DNA from: Nitrososphaerota archaeon
GTDB taxonomy: Archaea > Thermoproteota > Nitrososphaeria_A > Caldarchaeales > Calditenuaceae
Assembly (NCBI GenBank): GCA_038845265.1
Contig: JAWBQR010000006.1
Location: 1-64,000 of the forward strand
Length of the DNA: 64,000 nt
Direction: 5' to 3'
Numbering within the stretch: the stretch's first letter is position 1; every line of letters starts with the position of its first letter. The position numbers and the translations under genes are program-made. Below are positions 46,543 through 55,426 of the stretch, piece after piece. Below the pieces are notes generated by a model that was not told the DNA's origin, did not search any database, and saw nothing but the letters and a program-made list of their open reading frames with translations.

Positions 46543-47505
46543 ATGAGACCTCCCGACGAGATATTCTGGAAGGACTTCCTCCCAAACTTAAGAGGAGTAA
46601 TGGCACATCTGTTACGTTCAAAGAATTATAGTCAGCCCAAGATTGCCTCTTTTCTAAACGTTACTCAGGCGGCTGTAAGTAATTATCTCTCCGCAAGTCA
46701 AGAGCAGTACATGTCGAGGCTCGAGTCTCTTGGAATACCTCGGGCAGACCTAGCCGCGCTTATCGACTCATTAGTGATGGACGTGGCAATAGGCCCAACT
46801 AAATCTACTCATACATTAATGACTGCATGGAGAAACTTCTTATCAAAGGGTTACCTATGCGATTATCACAAGCGCCAATACCCTGAGCTGGTTGATTGTC
46901 AAGTATGCTTACTCATGGATGCAACCCTAACGCCTGATAGATTAGGCATTCTAAGAAGATTAGAGGAAGCCCTTGAGATGCTTGAGAACTACTCAATCGT
47001 TGTTTATCTTTCTCCAGAGGTCTCAATAAATATTGCTGAGGCTCTTCCAGATGCTGACTCTATAGAAGACATTGCTGCTTTTCCCGGCAGAATTGTGAGG
47101 ATAAAGTCATCATTAAGGGCGGTCAGCAAACCCGCATTTGGTGGGTCGCATCATCTGGCATCAATCCTGTTGGCAGTTATGAAGCATAACCGAAATATCA
47201 GGGCGGTCATGAACGTGAAGTATGACGAGGCATTACAAGAATCATTAAAAATGGTGGGCTTGAGCTTCGCTGAGACGAACCGCCGAAACTTAGCGAGAAA
47301 CGAAAATGACGTAGTATCAGCAGTCGAGGAATTATTCATGAAAAACCCCGATATCGATATAGTAATAGATCGTGGAGGCATAGGTCTAGAACCTGCAACC
47401 TACATCTTTGGTATAAATGCCGTAGAAGTCGTAAAAAAGGCAGTAAAGATAGCAAGGGTATACATTGGTTTAAAACACTCGCTGAATACCACCAAAAATA
47501 AATAG
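46543..47505 (+). CDS. HTH + ThiN-domain protein (ThiR-like thiamine-responsive regulator)
   Basis: N-terminal HTH (SQPKIASFLNVTQAAVSNYL), CDYH..CQVC, PEVSINI, AAFPGRI, FGGSHHLA, DRGGIGLEP. Confidence 0.85.
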   Translation: MRPPDEIFWKDFLPNLRGVMAHLLRSKNYSQPKIASFLNVTQAAVSNYLSASQEQYMSRLESLGIPRADLAALIDSLVMDVAIGPTKSTHTLMTAWRNFLSKGYLCDYHKRQYPELVDCQVCLLMDATLTPDRLGILRRLEEALEMLENYSIVVYLSPEVSINIAEALPDADSIEDIAAFPGRIVRIKSSLRAVSKPAFGGSHHLASILLAVMKHNRNIRAVMNVKYDEALQESLKMVGLSFAETNRRNLARNENDVVSAVEELFMKNPDIDIVIDRGGIGLEPATYIFGINAVEVVKKAVKIARVYIGLKHSLNTTKNK

Positions 47506-47530
47506 ACACCCAGTAATTATCTTCATTATA

Positions 47531-48706
47531 ATGAAACTCATTAAGGATCCGGTGCATGGCTATATAACACTTACAGACGAGGAGGTTAGTCTTCTGGATA
47601 CTTTCGCGGTTCAGAGGCTTCGACGCATAAGCCAAATTCCCCTCGCCTATCTTGTATATCCAGGAGCCAGACATAGTAGGTTTGACCACTCGCTTGGTTG
47701 CTTGTCGCTTGCCTATGAGTTTTCTTCACATCTAGGACTTGAAGCTTTTAGCTCATTATTGCTCAGATTTTCAGCTTTGCTTCACGATATAGGACACACG
47801 CCTTATTCTCATTTATTAGAGATGAAACTAATTGAGAACGGATTGAATCATGAGGAAATGGGTATAAGGATTATCGGTGAAAACGACGAGATCTCAAGTA
47901 CACTAGAGCGTGCAGGCGTACCGCCCAGGGAGATAATCAACGTTATAAAGGGAAAAAGCAGGTTAAGCAGCTTAATTTCTGGGCCGCTCGACGTCGATAG
48001 GCTTGACTTTCTGGTAAGAGACGCATATTTTACTGGCGCCACGTATGGAGTGGTTGATATTAGGCGTCTCATACATTTGACAAGACTCGACGAACATGGA
48101 TCTTCGGTAGATATTCGTGGCCTCGGAGCAGTTGAGGAGCTCGCAATCGCTAGGCATCACTCTTTTCTTAACATATACTTTCATCACACGGTGAGGGCGG
48201 CACAGTTGCTCTTTTACAGAGCCTTTGATGAAATAGGAGATGAGGTGCTTAACTTTTCTAAGATGAGTGTAGAGGAGTATCTTCGACACGATGATTACAC
48301 AGTCTGGAGCATTCTAAAAAATAATCCAAAAACCAGAATATTTATCGAGAAGATTGAACGGCGCAGGTTACCTAAGATGGTGTATGAAAGGAAATCAGAA
48401 CGTATAGAAGAGGCATTCTCATCAAACAAGGAGAAAAGTAGAATCGAGAAGGAGATTGCCCATGAATCGAAGATAGATGAAAGACACATTTACTTAGACT
48501 CTTCAATGATTCCTCCGCTCACTAAATTCGGCGTGACTGAGATCAGGCTACATAGCGAAGAAGCCGAGGTGCAGCCAAGGTCGTGGATATTAGAGATGAC
48601 TTCAAAGCCACTTGGAATTGTGCGGGTGTATGTTGATAGAGATTATGTGGACCGAATAGAGAAAATCAGAAAGGCTGCAGAAACTATTCTAAGTCCCGTT
48701 AAGTAG
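47531..48706 (+). CDS. HD-domain phosphohydrolase (SAMHD1-like dNTPase family)
   Basis: IKDPVHG, QRLRRISQ, HSRFDHSLG, LLHDIGH, DVDRLDFLVRD, IYFHHT. Confidence 0.9.
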   Translation: MKLIKDPVHGYITLTDEEVSLLDTFAVQRLRRISQIPLAYLVYPGARHSRFDHSLGCLSLAYEFSSHLGLEAFSSLLLRFSALLHDIGHTPYSHLLEMKLIENGLNHEEMGIRIIGENDEISSTLERAGVPPREIINVIKGKSRLSSLISGPLDVDRLDFLVRDAYFTGATYGVVDIRRLIHLTRLDEHGSSVDIRGLGAVEELAIARHHSFLNIYFHHTVRAAQLLFYRAFDEIGDEVLNFSKMSVEEYLRHDDYTVWSILKNNPKTRIFIEKIERRRLPKMVYERKSERIEEAFSSNKEKSRIEKEIAHESKIDERHIYLDSSMIPPLTKFGVTEIRLHSEEAEVQPRSWILEMTSKPLGIVRVYVDRDYVDRIEKIRKAAETILSPVK

Positions 48707-49597
48707 TTTTCTTCTATGATTAATCACTCTTTTTAGACCTTCAGTAAGGCTGACTATTGGCTCATATCCAAGTATATTCTTAATCTTTTCAATCGAAGGA
48801 TAACTAATCATTGGTTCTGCTTCTGCCGCGGTTCGGGGAGGCATCTCAACGAGTCTGGAATTGGACATAGTCAGTTCTCTGATCATCTCGGCAAGCTGTC
48901 TTATAGATATAGCTGAACCTGTTCCAACATTAAAAATTTCTCCAACTGCTTTGTCAGAGTTAATTGATAGCTCTACAGCCTTTGCATAATTGTCTACATG
49001 GTATGGGTCGGTTACATCAGCGCCCCTGTTATAAAGAGTAATCGCCTCATTTTTTAGACATGCATCAATAAACCTAGATACTACGCTGCTTGGTGAATCA
49101 AATTCGCCGAAGAGTTTCCAAGATCTGAATATTACTACTGGGAGACCCTTGGAGCGGTGATACGCCATGACGAGTTGTTCTGCTGCTACTTTTGAATAGT
49201 CATATGGTGTCCTAGGCGAGAGTTCGGCATCTTCTGTGACAGGGAGTTTTGGCCTTGCTCCATAAACATTTGCTGAAGATGCATAGATGAATCTATCGAC
49301 ACCTAAATTTTTTGCAGCTTCAAGCATATTTAGCGTGCCTACGCAGTTAATGTATAGACAATTAAACGGGTCTGCGAGACAACTAGGAATATTTGCGATC
49401 GCTGCCAAATGAATTATTATTTCAACGTCTAGCTCCTTTAGTTTAGAGGTCAATTCTTTACTTGAGGATATGTCAGCGTTTATATCGGAAGTTTGTGCTA
49501 TATCCAACCCAATAACTCGGTATCCTCTTGATTTAAAATATTCCTTTAGGCTTTTACCGACAAACCCCTCAGACCCAGTGATCAGGATGGTCTTCAA
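48689..49597 (-). CDS. NAD-dependent nucleotide-sugar epimerase/dehydratase
   Basis: ITGSEGFVG, HLAA, ASSANVYG, YDYSK (YxxxK), FNVGTG. Confidence 0.92.
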   Translation of the reverse strand: MKTILITGSEGFVGKSLKEYFKSRGYRVIGLDIAQTSDINADISSSKELTSKLKELDVEIIIHLAAIANIPSCLADPFNCLYINCVGTLNMLEAAKNLGVDRFIYASSANVYGARPKLPVTEDAELSPRTPYDYSKVAAEQLVMAYHRSKGLPVVIFRSWKLFGEFDSPSSVVSRFIDACLKNEAITLYNRGADVTDPYHVDNYAKAVELSINSDKAVGEIFNVGTGSAISIRQLAEMIRELTMSNSRLVEMPPRTAAEAEPMISYPSIEKIKNILGYEPIVSLTEGLKRVINHRRKLLNGT

Positions 49598-49634
49598 TTC
49601 GTAGCTTTACTAGTTGATATACCTCTTAAAAAAT

Positions 49635-52277
49635 TTAGGATACGACGCAGCCTGTCCATCCACAGTCAAGACATCGTACACATCCTTCTTGCCACAAAAG
49701 ATTTGTACTATTGCATTCTGGACAGGTTTCGTAAGTACTCTTTTTATCTGCCTGTTCCTCTGTTATCACGACCTTGGTCAACGGTCGTTTAGCCTCGCCC
49801 ACCTCAGTCGGGATATATGCAGGGCGGCTGATCTTTATTCCAAGAGACTCCATCATATCAAGTGTCTTATTCTTAGTAATCGATACATACCTGTTCAGCT
49901 TCTGGGTCGGTGTGACGAGGACTTGAGCGCTCTTAGAAGCATCCCTGTAAATTGTTATTCCCTTTAGCCCAAGCTTATATGCAAAGAGGAACGAATTCTT
50001 GACGTCCTCGACACTTACCCAGTGCGGCATGTTTATTGTCTTGCTGACGGCTGCATCTACCCATAGCCCCACTTGATATTGCGCTCGTATGTGGTCCCAC
50101 CAAGGAATGTCATAAGCAACAGCAAAGATTTGCCTCGCGCTTTCGGGAAACTCTGGCAACTCTTGAATTGAGCCTCCATTCATGGATACTTTCTTAATAA
50201 TCTCCTCATTATAGAGTCCCGACTCGTGTAAATACTTTTCAAACTCTGGATCAATATAGTGAAATATGCCTACTGTCACATGTTTTTCATAAACAAGTGC
50301 GAAGACTGGCTCTAGTCCCGAACTCGTATCTACAATCATGGATATGCTACCCGTAGGGGCGATTGACAAAAGAAATGCATTCCTTATTCCTATTTTCTTT
50401 ATTTTGTCCACTACTTCGTCCCAGTTCATTGTCCATAGTTCTCTTTTATAGTAGCCCTCAATTGGGAGTTCTCCTTCTGGATACGAACTCTGCCAGTATA
50501 ATGGGAATGGTCCTCGCTCTCCGGCTCTTTCTGCGCTTGAATTATAGGCGTGCCATGCAATGAATTCTGCTATTTTACTCATGAGTTGAAATCCTTCTTC
50601 ACTGTTGTAGGGAACTCTAAGCGCCATCAGCATGTCGGCTAAACCCATAATTCCCAGACCTATGCGCCTAGTAAGTTTAGCCATGCGTTCAATATCTTTA
50701 AGCGGATAAGAATTAACATCGATAACGTTATCTAAGAATCTATATGCAACCTTTACTGTTTTCGCCAATTCATCCCAATCAATTTCCGCTACCTTATCCG
50801 TCCTCTTAACAAAAGCGTGCAGGTTTATTGACCCCAAATTGCATGGTTCATACTCGTAGAGAGGTTCTTCACCGCAGGGGTTAGTACATCTAATATCGCC
50901 TAAAACCTTTCTAAGCACATTTCTCCTATTGATATTGTCCAAGAATAAGACTCCGGGGTCAGCGGTCTTCCATGCCATTTCAGCGATTAGGTTAAAGATG
51001 AATGATGGGTTTATAGATCCCCATTGCTGTCCATTTCGAGGATTTATGAGGGGATAGGGTTCATTGTTCTCGAGGTGTTTCCAGAACTTCGGCTCTATTA
51101 AGACGCTAATGTTGAAGTTTTCAAGCATGCCTTCCTTCTCCTTGGCTCTGACAAACTTCTCTATATCGGGATGCCAAATCTCTAAAATGCCCATGTTTGC
51201 TCCACGCCTCTTTCCACCCTGTTTTACGACTTCAGTAACTGTGTCTATTATCCGCATGAAGGTAACGGGTCCTGAAGCGACTCCAGAGGTGGAGAATACT
51301 ACGTCGCCCTCCGGACGAAGTTTAGAGTAGTTTATTCCAATCCCTCCGCCACTTTTGAATATAATAGCCGCCTCAGTTGCGGCCTTCATTATTGACTCGA
51401 TATTATCATCAATCGGAAGTACGAAACACGCCGAGAGCTGGCCGAGCCTTGCGCCGGCATTAAAGAGTGTAGGACTATTAGGCATGAACTTCTTCTCAAC
51501 CATTAGGTTATAATACTCAAGATAGTCTTTGAAATGATTTTCAAACTCGCCGTTAAGAAGCATGTTGAAAAAGATGCTCCATGGAACCTTCATCATGCCT
51601 TGTTCATTTAAATTATCATAGAGCCTCTTCATATGGTATAGATGCCATTTATTCCACTTGAACTCGTAATCTCCATTCTCCTTCTTTCCTAGCCCAATCT
51701 TTCCGGCCCATAGATCTGGATTAAATTCTTCTAATGGATGCTTTGGTTGCCCTCCTTCTTTTGAATATATTCGGGAATCATATAGAAGGTCTGGTATAAC
51801 TATTAGTGCTGCTACTCGCTGGAATAGTTGTTTTGGTCCTTCCTTGAATTTTCCGTCCTCCCCCCTTAAGAGATATCTGCTACTAATTAGTCTCAATGCA
51901 TTAAGGGAGAACTTCTTATCAACTTCGTCTAAATAGTCTTTTTCTAGGATTCTCATCTTTTCCTTTCTTATCTTTTCCCTCTCCCTTCTATAGAGTATGT
52001 ATGCCTTTGCGACTTCGTATTGATCAAATTTAACTAATGAAAGCTCAACTATGTCCTGGACGTCCTCTACGTGTGGAATCTTTTCTGCACCAAACTTCTC
52101 TGATATTAATACTAATACATGCTCAACTATCTTGTCAAGTAATTTCTCATCGTATTTGTTAACTGAGACCATCGCCTTTCTGATTGCCTCTCTAATTCTA
52201 CTTGAGTCAAAGTCAACAATTCTGCCATCTCGCTTCATGATCTTCTTAACAGGATACTGACTCAGAGGAATCGTCAT
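49635..52277 (-). CDS. nrdJ: Class II (B12-dependent) ribonucleotide reductase with ATP cone
   Basis: N-terminal ATP cone (MKRDGRIVDFD), PNSPTLFNAG, QLSACFV, QGGKRRGANM, TNPCGEEPL, APTGSIS, C-terminal Zn ribbon. No intein seen. Confidence 0.95.
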   Translation of the reverse strand: MTIPLSQYPVKKIMKRDGRIVDFDSSRIREAIRKAMVSVNKYDEKLLDKIVEHVLVLISEKFGAEKIPHVEDVQDIVELSLVKFDQYEVAKAYILYRREREKIRKEKMRILEKDYLDEVDKKFSLNALRLISSRYLLRGEDGKFKEGPKQLFQRVAALIVIPDLLYDSRIYSKEGGQPKHPLEEFNPDLWAGKIGLGKKENGDYEFKWNKWHLYHMKRLYDNLNEQGMMKVPWSIFFNMLLNGEFENHFKDYLEYYNLMVEKKFMPNSPTLFNAGARLGQLSACFVLPIDDNIESIMKAATEAAIIFKSGGGIGINYSKLRPEGDVVFSTSGVASGPVTFMRIIDTVTEVVKQGGKRRGANMGILEIWHPDIEKFVRAKEKEGMLENFNISVLIEPKFWKHLENNEPYPLINPRNGQQWGSINPSFIFNLIAEMAWKTADPGVLFLDNINRRNVLRKVLGDIRCTNPCGEEPLYEYEPCNLGSINLHAFVKRTDKVAEIDWDELAKTVKVAYRFLDNVIDVNSYPLKDIERMAKLTRRIGLGIMGLADMLMALRVPYNSEEGFQLMSKIAEFIAWHAYNSSAERAGERGPFPLYWQSSYPEGELPIEGYYKRELWTMNWDEVVDKIKKIGIRNAFLLSIAPTGSISMIVDTSSGLEPVFALVYEKHVTVGIFHYIDPEFEKYLHESGLYNEEIIKKVSMNGGSIQELPEFPESARQIFAVAYDIPWWDHIRAQYQVGLWVDAAVSKTINMPHWVSVEDVKNSFLFAYKLGLKGITIYRDASKSAQVLVTPTQKLNRYVSITKNKTLDMMESLGIKISRPAYIPTEVGEAKRPLTKVVITEEQADKKSTYETCPECNSTNLLWQEGCVRCLDCGWTGCVVS

Positions 52278-52496
52278 GATTCTTAATCACACCCGGATAA
52301 TCCAGATCAATATCTTAATAAAAGTATGCATCCTTATAAAAATACTCTTTGTATCCAGTTTGAGGCAAAATCTAAGAAAATTGTTTGGGATTTTTTATCA
52401 AAATGATGTTTAATACCAGTCTTAGCCCTTACTATTATCGGAGTTAGGCCATTTAGTCCAATGTATTTATTCAGCGGCTTATCTGACTCTATAATG

Positions 52497-53588
52497 ATGG
52501 ATATAGAGGAAAGGATCGAGTTGATAACGAGGCCTCCAACGGAGGAAGTCATCACAATGCAAGAACTAAGAGAATTACTTGAAACTTGCTCTTCACCAAT
52601 TGCTTATGACGGATTTGAGCCAAGCGGCTTGGCGCATCTTCCATTCGGTGTTCTAAGGACTATAAAATTAAAGGACATGCTTGATGCAGGATGTAGATTT
52701 AAGATTCTTTTAGCTGATTGGCATGCGATGCTTAATAATAAGATGGGTGGAGATATTGAAAAGATTAGGAGGGTCGGAGAATATTTCATTGAGGTCTGGA
52801 AAGCAGCGGGCGTTGATTTATCAAAAGTAGAGATTGTTTGGGCAAGCGAAAATGCATCAGACATAGATTATTGGAAGCTTGTGATAACAGTGGCAAAGAA
52901 CACAACTCTGAAGAGGATTGTCCGAGCATTGCCAATAATGGGGAGATCTGAGGGTGAGCTTCAGGAGGCTGCTCAGGTCTTTTATCCAGCAATGCAGGTC
53001 GCTGACATTTTCTACATGAAGTGCCAGATATGTCAACTTGGCCTGGATCAGAGAAGAGCCAACATGCTTGCGAGAGAGATCGGGCCAAAGCTGGGACTAT
53101 GGAAACCGGTGGCCGTTCATCACCATATGTTGATGGGTCTCCAGGGCCCGGTAAAACCGCGAGGATTCGACGAGGATGCATCAATAGATCTTGCAATAAG
53201 TTCAAAGATGAGCAAGAGCATTCCTGAGACAAGCATTTTTGTCCATGATTCATATGAAGTTATCAAGGAAAAGATAAGAAATGCGTTTTGCCCCCCTAGG
53301 AGCTCTGAGGGAAACCCAATACTAGATTACGCTAAGCACATAATCTTTAGGCAAGTGGGAAAACTTGAGATTGAGAGACCTTCAAAGTTTGGCGGAGCAT
53401 TAACTTACTATTCATACTCAGATCTAGAGAAGGACTACATTAGTGGCAAGCTCCATCCACTCGATTTAAAAGAAGCTGTTGCTAAAGCACTTGACCAGAT
53501 ACTTGAACCAATAAGACGACACTTCGAAAAAGACCCTCACGCCGCAAGGCTATACGAATTTGTCAAAAGCCAAGAAATAACTCGTTAG
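52497..53588 (+). CDS. tyrS: Tyrosyl-tRNA synthetase (archaeal)
   Basis: AYDGFEPSG.AHL, ADWHA, YPAMQVADI, GLDQRRA, KMSKS, LHPLDLK. Start placed at MDIEERI (track start 52461 is probably too long). Confidence 0.95.
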   Translation: MDIEERIELITRPPTEEVITMQELRELLETCSSPIAYDGFEPSGLAHLPFGVLRTIKLKDMLDAGCRFKILLADWHAMLNNKMGGDIEKIRRVGEYFIEVWKAAGVDLSKVEIVWASENASDIDYWKLVITVAKNTTLKRIVRALPIMGRSEGELQEAAQVFYPAMQVADIFYMKCQICQLGLDQRRANMLAREIGPKLGLWKPVAVHHHMLMGLQGPVKPRGFDEDASIDLAISSKMSKSIPETSIFVHDSYEVIKEKIRNAFCPPRSSEGNPILDYAKHIIFRQVGKLEIERPSKFGGALTYYSYSDLEKDYISGKLHPLDLKEAVAKALDQILEPIRRHFEKDPHAARLYEFVKSQEITR

Positions 53589-53672
53589 ATGTGGCCCGCC
53601 GCTGACTCGCTTGTCCTCACGGCCAGGACGGTTACGCCCCACTCAGACAAGGCTTAAGGCACGGCGGGTCTG
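53587..53672 (-). ncRNA. Box H/ACA pseudouridylation guide sRNA (single hairpin with K-turn)
   Basis: Minus strand: lower stem GACCCGCCG/CGGCGGGCC followed by ACA; pocket UGCCUUAA and GAGUCAG; upper stem CUUGUC/GACAAG; K-turn UGAG...CGUGAG; apical stem GGGGCG-UAAC-CGUCCU. TATA-like GATATATT about 25-30 nt upstream. Confidence 0.85.
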
Positions 53673-53930
53673 TTATTCATAGTTCTCAAACAAGAATATA
53701 TCCATTTACTGAATAATTACATTGTAGGGGTGAAGCAAGTTTAACTTTTGTAATGAATTCGCGTCGTGACTGAATCGGGCTCAACTGATGTGAATATTTT
53801 TTCTAATCTATAGGAATGAGGGGCTGGGTCAGTTGAAAAGCTGCTAATAATGTAGGCTGTTCTCCAATTAACATAGGTAAGCACATAGTTTTAGGAAGTA
53901 TCGATGCATAACACCATGTGATAATAATTT

Positions 53931-54779
53931 CTATGCTCCTATTATGAATGCTATCAGCGCTATTGACATCCAAGCGAGTAATTCGCGCTTAACCTTCCTA
54001 GCTTTGACATGTGTTGGATCTAGTAGGATTTTAATGGCGGAATAGACAAAGCCGATGTCCGCAAAGCAGACTAATAATAAATACGTCCATCCAAGCATGC
54101 CTAGAAATGTGGGAAGTGGGCTGAGGATTACAGCAGTCAAGATAAATCCAGCGCCTATAACTGCTGCTTTTCTGGATCCATATATTCTAGCAATTGAGGC
54201 GACTCCTCTCAAAGCGTCTCCCTCGATATCCACCATTCCCTTAATGACCTCTCTGCCCATATTTGCAAGAAAGGCTAATAATCCAAGAATAAGCACTTTC
54301 ATTGATATGGTGCCAAGCATCAATACTGAGCCATAGAGAAACGGTGCAACGACTGCTAAACTAACCGCAACGTTTCCAATGATTCCTAGTGGTTTTAGCC
54401 AAACATTGTATGCATTAGCTATCGCGTAGAAAATTATGGCGACAATTAACGTGCCAATTCCGGTAATGCATGAAGCGAATAGCCCCGCAAGTCCTAGAAA
54501 TCCGCCATATATTATAGCTGCTTTTACACTAATTCTGCCTGATGGTATCGGCCGAAGCGGATCATTAATCTTGTCAACCTCTTTGTCAATAATGTCGTTT
54601 ATCACCATTGATGAACCATTTAGACAGTAGGCCGTGATGAATGATAGAGAAAGTTCTAATAGTTGTGGTAAGCTCCTTGATGCTACATAGGACCCGACGA
54701 CCACCGCCAAAAACATTAACAATCCGTTAGGTGGACGGGACATCGATAAGTATAACCATGCCTTTCCCAGTACATTCAT
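53931..54779 (-). CDS. UbiA-family prenyltransferase (DGGGP synthase-like)
   Basis: SRPPN, INDIIDKEVDKINDPLRPIPSG, REVIKGMVDIEGD. Start placed at the ATGA overlap with the endA stop. Confidence 0.9.
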   Translation of the reverse strand: MNVLGKAWLYLSMSRPPNGLLMFLAVVVGSYVASRSLPQLLELSLSFITAYCLNGSSMVINDIIDKEVDKINDPLRPIPSGRISVKAAIIYGGFLGLAGLFASCITGIGTLIVAIIFYAIANAYNVWLKPLGIIGNVAVSLAVVAPFLYGSVLMLGTISMKVLILGLLAFLANMGREVIKGMVDIEGDALRGVASIARIYGSRKAAVIGAGFILTAVILSPLPTFLGMLGWTYLLLVCFADIGFVYSAIKILLDPTHVKARKVKRELLAWMSIALIAFIIGA

Positions 54780-55321
54780 ATGTTCTTGAGACTTGCTTCT
54801 GAGCATGAGTAATAGATCACCTCTCCTCTTCTCTCAACTACTGCGACAATAAGTTGTTTATTCTTACTTATAGAATGCTTTACTCCATCGAGAAGATTTG
54901 CTATGTTTTCAGGAGATCCTTCAAAGAAAGGATATACTAGATATGATGCTTCTTCTTTTCCCTTCTCATAAACCCTAAATGCCAATTTACCTCCGAACCC
55001 TTCTTTAACAATATATCCACGTCTCCTCAGGTCTCTATATATCACGTAGAGAAGCCACAATTGTGGATTCACTGACTGTAAGACTCTTAAGAGTTCATTA
55101 AATTCAAGCTCGACGCCACTTTTAGTCCTGACGATTAATTTATTATTCTCAACAAGGTAAAGTGCCTCGTAAGGCGTTAGCTTAAGGGCTCCATTACTCA
55201 TAAGCTCTCCGTATCCTTTACTGACCAATTCATCAATGTTGCTATTCTCATAAATAATGACTTCAGAATTATCGATTAATCCATAAGTTATTGATTGGGT
55301 TTCGGACGGCTTCTCCGCCAT
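54776..55321 (-). CDS. endA: tRNA splicing endonuclease subunit (probably structural beta subunit)
   Basis: LTPYEALYL, YVIYRDLRRRGYIVKEG, AVVERRGEVIYY. Catalytic His not evident (KEEASYLV). Confidence 0.85.
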   Translation of the reverse strand: MAEKPSETQSITYGLIDNSEVIIYENSNIDELVSKGYGELMSNGALKLTPYEALYLVENNKLIVRTKSGVELEFNELLRVLQSVNPQLWLLYVIYRDLRRRGYIVKEGFGGKLAFRVYEKGKEEASYLVYPFFEGSPENIANLLDGVKHSISKNKQLIVAVVERRGEVIYYSCSEASLKNI

Positions 55322-55426
55322 AACTCGTCTGCTAAACCAGTGTTTATACGTCTAATTAAATCTCTTGTAGCACATTTGAGATGAAAGATATTAGTTAGAG
55401 AGCTAGTATTCGATAAGGCGAAAAAG

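Noticed and set aside
49635-52277. Intein in nrdJ (about 100-aa insertion after the ATP cone)
   Set aside because: No intein C1/HN-C splice motifs or LAGLIDADG blocks; it looks like a lineage-specific insertion.
53750-53788. Possible box C/D sRNA (GTAATGA…CTGA…CTGA) next to the H/ACA RNA
   Set aside because: The C box is imperfect, the spacing leaves no room for a proper C' box, and I could not match the guides to an rRNA/tRNA target.
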